Notes under the pieces: generated by a model | The model's database searches: none | What the model saw: only the letters and a program-made list of their open reading frames with translations | Told to the model about the DNA's origin: nothing | Shown: positions 57,243 to 64,000 of the stretch, in pieces | Layout of the letters: each line of letters opens with the position of its first letter | Position numbering within the stretch: position 1 is the stretch's first letter | Position numbers and translations under genes: made by a program | NCBI GenBank assembly: GCA_965223845.1 | Contig: CBDCXR010000004.1 | Coordinates: 5,088,001 to 5,152,000, forward strand | Direction of reading: 5' to 3' | From: Planctomycetota bacterium | Lineage (GTDB): Bacteria > Planctomycetota > UBA8108 > SXIK01 | Length of the DNA: 64,000 nucleotides

Positions 57243-59555
57243 TCACTTCGCGTGCAGGCGAATTCGACTCACCGCGCAATTGTTTCCCTCGAGACGCCGG
57301 GCGACGACGGAGAGCGTCCCTTCGCGCGTGTCCCTCGCTCCGATCGGAATCGCGACCGGACCGTCGCCTCGCCCGACAAAACAGCGCTCGTCGTTTAGAA
57401 GATACTCCTGCACGCGTCCGCCGCGGTCGCCTTCGATGACCAGATGGCCGCGAAAGCTCTTCGGAACGCGCAGCTCGAACTCGAGCGGCTGATTGTCGTA
57501 CCGGCGGTCGTGATAGAACCATTGGTGGCTCGAGCCATCGGTCCACGCGAGCCCGCTCCGCACGCGATGCGCAAAGCCCTCGGCCTTCTCGGCGACACGG
57601 TCGGCGCGCGACGTCCAACGAGTGTTCCCGTCGGCTCGCTTCGCCTGCGCGCCACACGCGACATCGAGCACCCGCTTGCCGAGCGCGGGTGGATGGTGAA
57701 CTCGGAGCGCAGCGAGCGCTCCGTTCAGTCCCGAATGCTTCGCGAGCTCGACCTCGAGCTTCCGGTCACGGCTGTGGCGGGGCCGAATTGCGAGATAAAC
57801 CTCACGCTCGTAGGTCGCTGAACCGCGCGGGTCGCCGTCGACGCGGATCCCGTAGGATCGGCCGGTCTCCGGGACGAGAACGGCGACGCCGGCGAACTCG
57901 GCCGGGACGTCGATGACGACCTGCATCGGACGGCCGCCGTGGCGCGGATCGCTGAAGAACCAGTGGTGACCCGACGGTTCCTTCCAGGAGAGGCCGTTCC
58001 GAACGCGGTACGCGAAGCCTCTCGACGCACGGCCGCGATCGTACGCTCGTTTCCACGGGACGCCCTGCCCGGCGGGGCCTCGAACGCCGCACTCGACCCG
58101 AAGCGCGACCGGTCCGAACGCGGGCGCTTCGGCGCGACAATTCCACGTGACGAAACCCCAGCGCGTGAGAAGCTCGAGCGACGCGAGGTCTCCGTCGACG
58201 AGATAGTCGATGTACACGCTACTCACGAGGCGCGGATTGCGCAGGTCTCGCTTCTCGAGTGGATACGTTTTTGCGCGAAGTGCTTTCCGCAATCGATCGT
58301 GAAAACCGCGCAGCAGCGTCTCGTCGCGAAGGAAGAGCTGATAGAAAACGTAGTTCCAAATGAGATAGTACGGCCGGTTCTCGCGGGGCTGTCGTTCCGT
58401 GCGAAAGTACTGCGCGACGTTGATACCGAACTCGTCGAGACCGGCGCGCCGGATCGCTTCAGGGTCCTTCCCACGAAAGGGCGGCCACGCGGCTTCTTCC
58501 TTCGTCTTCCCCCAGAGCTTGACGTCGCCGAGGCAGCAGGCGAAGAACGCCTCGCCTTCGCGAATCCAGGCGGGCATGTCGCCGTTGCTGGCATAGTTCT
58601 CCTGAAAGCAGTGCGTCATTTCGTGGGTGACGTTCCCCGATTCCGGGTTGAGGAGTCCCTCCTCGTCGACGAAAAACGTACTTCCCGATGCGTGCGCCGC
58701 ACCACCCGCCGAATCCTTGGCGGCGCTCACACAGAACGTGAGCGGGAGCGACGGCGGCTCGTGGCCGAGCTCGGCGCGAAGAAACTCATAGACTTTTTCG
58801 AGCCGCTCGAACACCTCGTCGACTCGCTTGAGAGTCGCGTTCTTCGTGTGCGGCGAGAAGAAGATGCGGAAGTGCCCTTTTCCGCGTCGATCGAAGCGGA
58901 GACGCCGGCGAAGAGGCGGCGGGATCGCGTTCGCTTCGCTCACGGAAGCGGCGTCGAGAAGGATCTCCCCCGGCTTGGCGGGCGTGAGCTCGAGCGAGTA
59001 GCTTCCACCCCGGAGCGCTCCGAGCGCGAGCGTCCCCACAGCGAACGACTCGCGCTGAATCTGTTCCTGGAGGCGGAGACGGCCCTTCCACGCGACTCGA
59101 TCGCCTGCACCTCGAATCTCGACGCCGAGAGATGCGCCTCTCGACAGCGCCGAGTAGCGAATCGCGAGAACGGCGGTGTCGAAATCGCGCTCCGTCTCAA
59201 ACGGGATCTCGAGTCGATCGTCGCGGCCGCGCCCCCACCCGTTTCCGATCGCGTAACCGCGTGAAGCGACCATCGAATGAAGGGGTTGTTCCGCGCCCCG
59301 CACTTCGCCCGTCTTGAACGCGGTTTCGAGCTCGATCGTAATCGCATCGGAAGCGATGGCCGGTTCCGAACGGAGTGGCGCCCACGGCCAGCTCACCATC
59401 GCTCCGACGGCTAACGCGGCGATCAGACACCCGAGTCTGCCGGTGAAGAGATCCAAACGAAGGGCGCGGAGGAAGACGAGTCGAAGGCGATGGTGAGGAG
59501 TCGAGTCCGGAGAGGCGGAATCGACGCGAGAGCTCGGTCGCACTGCTTCCTCCAT
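57243..59555 (-). CDS. Membrane-anchored or secreted gluzincin metallopeptidase with CBM-like N-domain and two C-terminal repeated beta-domains
   Basis: Likely start ATG 59555; hydrophobic LGCLIAALAVGAMVSW; VTHEMTHCFQ plus PAWIREGEA third ligand; duplicated GFA(Y/H)RVR.GL.W....H.WF domains. Confidence 0.75.
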   Translation of the reverse strand: MEEAVRPSSRVDSASPDSTPHHRLRLVFLRALRLDLFTGRLGCLIAALAVGAMVSWPWAPLRSEPAIASDAITIELETAFKTGEVRGAEQPLHSMVASRGYAIGNGWGRGRDDRLEIPFETERDFDTAVLAIRYSALSRGASLGVEIRGAGDRVAWKGRLRLQEQIQRESFAVGTLALGALRGGSYSLELTPAKPGEILLDAASVSEANAIPPPLRRRLRFDRRGKGHFRIFFSPHTKNATLKRVDEVFERLEKVYEFLRAELGHEPPSLPLTFCVSAAKDSAGGAAHASGSTFFVDEEGLLNPESGNVTHEMTHCFQENYASNGDMPAWIREGEAFFACCLGDVKLWGKTKEEAAWPPFRGKDPEAIRRAGLDEFGINVAQYFRTERQPRENRPYYLIWNYVFYQLFLRDETLLRGFHDRLRKALRAKTYPLEKRDLRNPRLVSSVYIDYLVDGDLASLELLTRWGFVTWNCRAEAPAFGPVALRVECGVRGPAGQGVPWKRAYDRGRASRGFAYRVRNGLSWKEPSGHHWFFSDPRHGGRPMQVVIDVPAEFAGVAVLVPETGRSYGIRVDGDPRGSATYEREVYLAIRPRHSRDRKLEVELAKHSGLNGALAALRVHHPPALGKRVLDVACGAQAKRADGNTRWTSRADRVAEKAEGFAHRVRSGLAWTDGSSHQWFYHDRRYDNQPLEFELRVPKSFRGHLVIEGDRGGRVQEYLLNDERCFVGRGDGPVAIPIGARDTREGTLSVVARRLEGNNCAVSRIRLHAK

Positions 59556-59857
59556 CGTTTCGCCCAGGCGTATTCGCACGCGGCCCTCGGGAGATCGAAC
59601 TGGCTCCGCTGCATTTAGGACGCCGACCGCAGATCCTTTCTTAGGATCGAGTTCGGCCAGTGCCGGGACGGCTTGGCGAGGCTCGAGTCCCGCGGGCGAC
59701 GGCCCCGGCCCACGCTCACGGCCAAACGCCCCGTCCGCGTTGCCTTCCGCTGGCCGCGACGTTGCAACTCGCATCGCCACCCCGGAAAATCGACCTCTCC
59801 CGCGCGGCCCGGGAACATCTTCCGAACCATGACCGTGAGCCCACGAGACCCCTCGAC

Positions 59858-60448
59858 GTGTCCGACCGCGCAGCCATCGAGCTCCTCTCCCGAGTGTCCG
59901 ACGGGGACAGCGACGCCGCACGCGAGCTGATGCCGCTCGTCTACGACCGCCTCCGGGAGCTCGCCCAGAGTTACTTCCTGCGTGAGCGGGCGGGACACAC
60001 CCTTCAGCCGACGGCCCTGGTCAACGAGGCCTTCGTTCAGCTAGCCCACCGCGATGATCGTGACTGGGCGGGTCGAACCCACTTCTTCGCGATCGCATCG
60101 AGCGAGATGCGTCGCATCCTCGTCGACCACGCCCGGCAAAAGCGCGCGGTCAAGCGCGGCGGCGATCGACAGCGAGTGACCCTCGATGGCGTCGCGGTCG
60201 AGCTCGCGCCGCAGATCGACGCGATCGCACTCGACGAGGCCCTCGCCTCGCTCTCGGAGATCGATGCTCGGGCGGCGCGCGTCGTCGAGCTCAGGTTTTT
60301 CGGAGGCCTCACCGTGGATGAGGTCGCGGCGATTCTCGGTGTCACGTCGCGCACGGTCCGACACGACTGGCGAGCCGCGCGGGCCTGGCTCCTTTCCGAG
60401 CTCGAAGAACGAGAGGGCGATGGATTCTCGCCGGTACGAGAGAGCTAA
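59858..60448 (+). CDS. ECF sigma factor, TIGR02999/ECF43-like
   Basis: LMPLVYDRLRELA..ERAGHTLQPTALVNEAF, HFFAIA..MRRILVDHAR..KRGG, VVELRFFGGLT..VRHDWRAARAWL. Start GTG 59858 is an estimate. Confidence 0.92.
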   Translation: MSDRAAIELLSRVSDGDSDAARELMPLVYDRLRELAQSYFLRERAGHTLQPTALVNEAFVQLAHRDDRDWAGRTHFFAIASSEMRRILVDHARQKRAVKRGGDRQRVTLDGVAVELAPQIDAIALDEALASLSEIDARAARVVELRFFGGLTVDEVAAILGVTSRTVRHDWRAARAWLLSELEEREGDGFSPVRES

Positions 60449-63400
60449 GGCACTCTTCCTCGAAGCCGTCGAGCTTCCGCTCGACGAACGCGAGCGCTTC
60501 CTCGACGAGCGCTGCCGGGACGCCGCGGAGCGGAAGCGCATCGAATCGATGCTCGATCACGACGCATCGGACCGCGGGGACGGGGACGGCGCCGAAGACC
60601 CCCTCGCCTGCGTCGACGACGACATCGGCCCGTACGCCATCCGCGGGCACCTCGGCGAAGGTGGTTTTTGCGTCGTGTACCTCGCTGAGCAGACGACTCC
60701 CATCCGGCGCGAGGTCGCGCTCAAGCTGATCAAGCCCGGCCTCGACACCCGAAGCGTGATCGCGCGATTCGACGCCGAACGCCAAGCGCTTGCGCTGATG
60801 AGCCACCCGAGCATCGCGCGCATCCACGACGCCGGAGTCACCGCTCGCGGTCGCCCGTACTTCGTCATGGAGTACGTTCCCGGCGCTCCGCTCACGGACT
60901 ATTGCGATCGCCATCGACTCTCGATCGCCGAACGACTCGAGCTCTTTGTCCAGGTGTGCGACGCCGTCCAGCACGCTCACCAGAAAGCCATCGTCCACCG
61001 CGATATCAAGCCGACGAACGTCCTCGTGATGGAGCACGAAGGAACGCCGCTTCCGAAAGTGATCGACTTCGGGATCGCGAAATCACTCGAACGAAAACTC
61101 ACGGCGGAAACACTTCACACCTTGTCGGGCGAGTTCGTCGGCACGCCCGAGTACATGAGCCCGGAACAAGCGGGGGGTTCCCCCGAAACCGTCGACACGC
61201 GCACCGACGTCTATTCGCTCGGCGTCCTTCTCTACGAGCTCCTCGCTGGTCGCTTGCCGTTCGAGAGCTCTCTCGTTCGCGATTCGAGTGTTCGAGACAT
61301 CCCGCGCATCATCCGCGAATACGAGCCGCAGAGACCGAGTGTGCGACTCGGGAATCTCGACGACGCCACTCTCAAGGAGATCGCCGCTCTCCGACGACGG
61401 GAGCCGAGCACGCTCGCTCGCGAACTGCGCGGCGATCTCGACTGGATCACTCTCAAAGCGATCGAGAAAGATCCGGCGCGCAGGTATCCGACGCCGTCCG
61501 AGCTCGCGCGCGACCTCGAGCGGCATCTCCATCGAGATCCCGTTTCCGCACGACCGCCGAGCTTCGCCTATCGCGCACAAAAACTCTGGCTGCGAAATCG
61601 CGGACTCCTGACGAGCTTGGCGGCGATCATCGCGACTCTCGTCGTCGGCGTCGTTGTCAGCCTTTCGCTTTACGTCGAAGCGAATCGAACGAACGACGAG
61701 CTCGAAGCGTCGCTCGAACGATCGGAAGGGCTCCGCCTCACGGCCAACTCGACGTCAGCGCTCGAATCCGATCCGGATCTCGCCCTTCTCCTCGCGCTCG
61801 AGGGAGCTCGAAGATACGACGGCCGCGAGTCGAGATCGGCGGCGCTCGCAGCCCTGGCGCGTCTCGTCCCCCACCGAACCCTCGTCGGTCACTCCGCGTG
61901 GGTTCGATCGGGCGATTTCAGTCCCGATGGCGACCGATTCGTCACCGCTGCGCTCGACGGCACCGCGCGCGTCTGGGACGCCGCGAACGGAAAGCTCGAA
62001 AGCGTGATCCGGGTCCACCGCGGAGGACTCGAAGCGGCGCGATTCAGTCCGAACGGCCAAGCGATCGCCATCGCATCCCGCGACGGCACGGTCTCGGTGT
62101 CGACGCCGACCGGAGACCCACGACACCACTTTCGCGGACCGGAGAGTGCCGTCTTTTGGCTCGCATGGATCGACGACGAGCGACTGGTCGCGGCATGGAC
62201 CGATCGCACGGTACGTGCGTGGAACGTCGTGAGCGGCGAAGAGAGCGCCTCGATCTCGACCGCCGGGGAACGGCTCGTCGTCGCCGACTTGAGTCCCGAC
62301 GGTAGCCGGGTCGTCGTCGGAACGGAAGGCGGTCGCGCTGCGCTGTGGGGACTCGACGACTCGGGCGATCGCGTTCGACTCGGGGCGCATGTCACACGCG
62401 TGATCGCCGCCGAATTCGGTCCCGACGGCGAGCGTGTCTACACCGCCGACTATCATCGCGCGTACGCGTGGGACGCGAACACCGGACGACAGCTTCACAC
62501 GTTTGCCGGCGTCCGGCCGAACATCCACGGACTGCGGTGCTCGCCGGATGGCCGTTGGCTCGTCGCGGTGACGGACGATCGCAGCCCCGCGCTTTGGAAT
62601 ACGGAGACGGGAGAGCGCGGCGTCGTCTTCGACGGTCATGCATCGAGCGTCGTCTCGGCGGCGTTCAGCTTGGACGGTCGCCGTCTCGTCACCGGCTCGA
62701 TCGACAATACCGCGCGCGTGTGGGATACGGAACGCGGCGCCCTACTCGAGACCTTGCTCGCTCACCGCCACAAAGTGACCGATGTCGTCTTCAGTTCGGA
62801 CGGGAGTCGCGTCGGAACTGCGTCAGGCGACGGGACGGCCGCCGTCTGGGACATCGACGCGGCGACGCTCGGGCGCCTCGCCCACGAAGACGATGTCCGT
62901 ACGATGGAGTTGTCGCCCGACGGCCGGCTCGCTCTCACCGGGACGAAGGGAAAGGAGGCGATCGTTTGGGATGTTGCGAAGCGAAAGCGCCTCGCCACGC
63001 TCACCGGTCACCGTGGATCCGTCGTAGTCGCCTCGTTCAGCGCCGACGGCCGCTCCGTGCTCACGCAGTCGATCGACCGCACCGCACGCCTCTGGGATGC
63101 GGCGACCGGCGAAGAGAAGCAGCGGTGGTTTCACGACTCGAGTCTCGTCTTTGCGAGTCTCAGTTCCGACGGAGAGAAAGTCTGTACCGCGGAAAAAGCT
63201 TCGTCCGTGGTGAGGATCTTCGATTTGCAGAGCGGTGAGCTCGCTCGCGAGCTCGAACCGGGCGCGAGACTCATCTGGCGCGTCGGGTTCTCGCCGGACG
63301 GAAGTCTCGTTTTCGCGACGACGAATCACGGAGTGTTCTTTTGGGACGTCGATACCGGCGAACAGCGAGTCGTTCTTCGCGGACACGAGGTGCGCGCGTA

Positions 63401-64000
63401 CGTAGCGGACTTTCACTCGGGAAGCGGACGCGTCCTCACGACATCGCACGACACCACGGCGCGGGTCTGGGATTTGTCCAGCGGAGAGGAGATCGTCCGA
63501 CTCGCACACGAGAAGCAACTCGGCGTCGGTGAGTTCAGCCGCGACGGTCGGCGCGTGATCACCGCCGCGAGCGAGCTCGTCGCTCGCGTTTGGGACGTAG
63601 AAACGGGCGCCGTGCTCGTGACGTTCGCGGGACACGAGGCGAGACTGACCTCCGCGGTGTTCAGTCCCGACGAACGTACGGTTCTCACGGCGTCGTTCGA
63701 CGGCACCGCGCGCATCTGGAATGCCGACAGCGGAGTGGAGCTCCTCGTCTACTCCGGACACACGGGTCGTCTTCTCCGCGGTGCGTCCTTCACGCCCGAT
63801 GGGCGCTGGGCCGTGACCGCGTCGATCGACAACACGGTTCACATCTGGCCGGTGGATCCGATCCCGTTCGCAGAGTCGGTGCGGCCGCGCGAGCTGTCGG
63901 CTCGGGAGCGCGCTCGGTTTGGGATTGGGGTTTCCGGTTTGGCTGGGGCGACGGTTTACACGAAGGGCGCGAGGGCAGAAGCGAAGGCAGAGGAAGATGA
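60420..64000 (+). CDS. Ser/Thr protein kinase with TM helix and WD40 repeats; runs off window end
   Basis: Manual translation from ATG 60420 (overlaps the ECF 3' end): MDSRRYERAKALFLEAVEL..., LGEGGFCVVYLAEQ, VALKLIK, HRDIKPTNVL, IDFGIAK, GTPEYMSPEQ, then many GH..FSPDG..TAS.D.TARVWD repeats; no in-frame stop before 64000. Confidence 0.92.
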   Translation, partial: MDSRRYERAKALFLEAVELPLDERERFLDERCRDAAERKRIESMLDHDASDRGDGDGAEDPLACVDDDIGPYAIRGHLGEGGFCVVYLAEQTTPIRREVALKLIKPGLDTRSVIARFDAERQALALMSHPSIARIHDAGVTARGRPYFVMEYVPGAPLTDYCDRHRLSIAERLELFVQVCDAVQHAHQKAIVHRDIKPTNVLVMEHEGTPLPKVIDFGIAKSLERKLTAETLHTLSGEFVGTPEYMSPEQAGGSPETVDTRTDVYSLGVLLYELLAGRLPFESSLVRDSSVRDIPRIIREYEPQRPSVRLGNLDDATLKEIAALRRREPSTLARELRGDLDWITLKAIEKDPARRYPTPSELARDLERHLHRDPVSARPPSFAYRAQKLWLRNRGLLTSLAAIIATLVVGVVVSLSLYVEANRTNDELEASLERSEGLRLTANSTSALESDPDLALLLALEGARRYDGRESRSAALAALARLVPHRTLVGHSAWVRSGDFSPDGDRFVTAALDGTARVWDAANGKLESVIRVHRGGLEAARFSPNGQAIAIASRDGTVSVSTPTGDPRHHFRGPESAVFWLAWIDDERLVAAWTDRTVRAWNVVSGEESASISTAGERLVVADLSPDGSRVVVGTEGGRAALWGLDDSGDRVRLGAHVTRVIAAEFGPDGERVYTADYHRAYAWDANTGRQLHTFAGVRPNIHGLRCSPDGRWLVAVTDDRSPALWNTETGERGVVFDGHASSVVSAAFSLDGRRLVTGSIDNTARVWDTERGALLETLLAHRHKVTDVVFSSDGSRVGTASGDGTAAVWDIDAATLGRLAHEDDVRTMELSPDGRLALTGTKGKEAIVWDVAKRKRLATLTGHRGSVVVASFSADGRSVLTQSIDRTARLWDAATGEEKQRWFHDSSLVFASLSSDGEKVCTAEKASSVVRIFDLQSGELARELEPGARLIWRVGFSPDGSLVFATTNHGVFFWDVDTGEQRVVLRGHEVRAYVADFHSGSGRVLTTSHDTTARVWDLSSGEEIVRLAHEKQLGVGEFSRDGRRVITAASELVARVWDVETGAVLVTFAGHEARLTSAVFSPDERTVLTASFDGTARIWNADSGVELLVYSGHTGRLLRGASFTPDGRWAVTASIDNTVHIWPVDPIPFAESVRPRELSARERARFGIGVSGLAGATVYTKGARAEAKAEED
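63955..63972 (+). repeat. Second copy of TTTACACGAAGGGCGCGA element
   Basis: Exact 18-nt match to 8297-8314, followed by similar purine-rich CGAAG/GGAAG sequence. Confidence 0.55.

Noticed and set aside
342-63842. Numerous long Arg/Ser-rich overlapping or antisense ORFs (e.g. 3310..5019, 13103..15238, 15563..17332, 49722..51233)
   Set aside because: These are typical off-frame ORFs of high-GC DNA that overlap well-supported genes.

Overview
High-GC bacterial DNA with strong Planctomycetota hallmarks (DUF1549/1553-DUF1501-PPC operon, DUF1592-DUF1552-HEAT-PVC heme protein operon, two ECF sigma/Ser-Thr kinase modules). The window starts inside a minus-strand 4-hydroxybutyryl-CoA dehydratase gene and ends inside a Ser/Thr kinase-WD40 gene; both are absent from the ORF track because they run off the edges. 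The centre (about 10.5-45.2 kb) holds five large secreted proteins that each carry a planctomycete-type dockerin domain: an RHS/YD protein with no apparent toxin tip, a double L-type lectin, a 7x beta-propeller/6x FN3 giant, a novel-repeat protein and an S8 protease. The last two also carry cohesin-like domains, flank an ECF sigma factor and share a bipartite upstream motif (CTGTCCCGCG-N12/13-CGCAGATGA). Together this suggests a regulated, non-cellulolytic cohesin-dockerin surface assembly. Two enzymes (PfkA-like, RmlD-like) have degenerate catalytic motifs. No rRNA, tRNA, CRISPR array or mobile element was seen. All domain calls come from motif recognition by eye, not from database searches.
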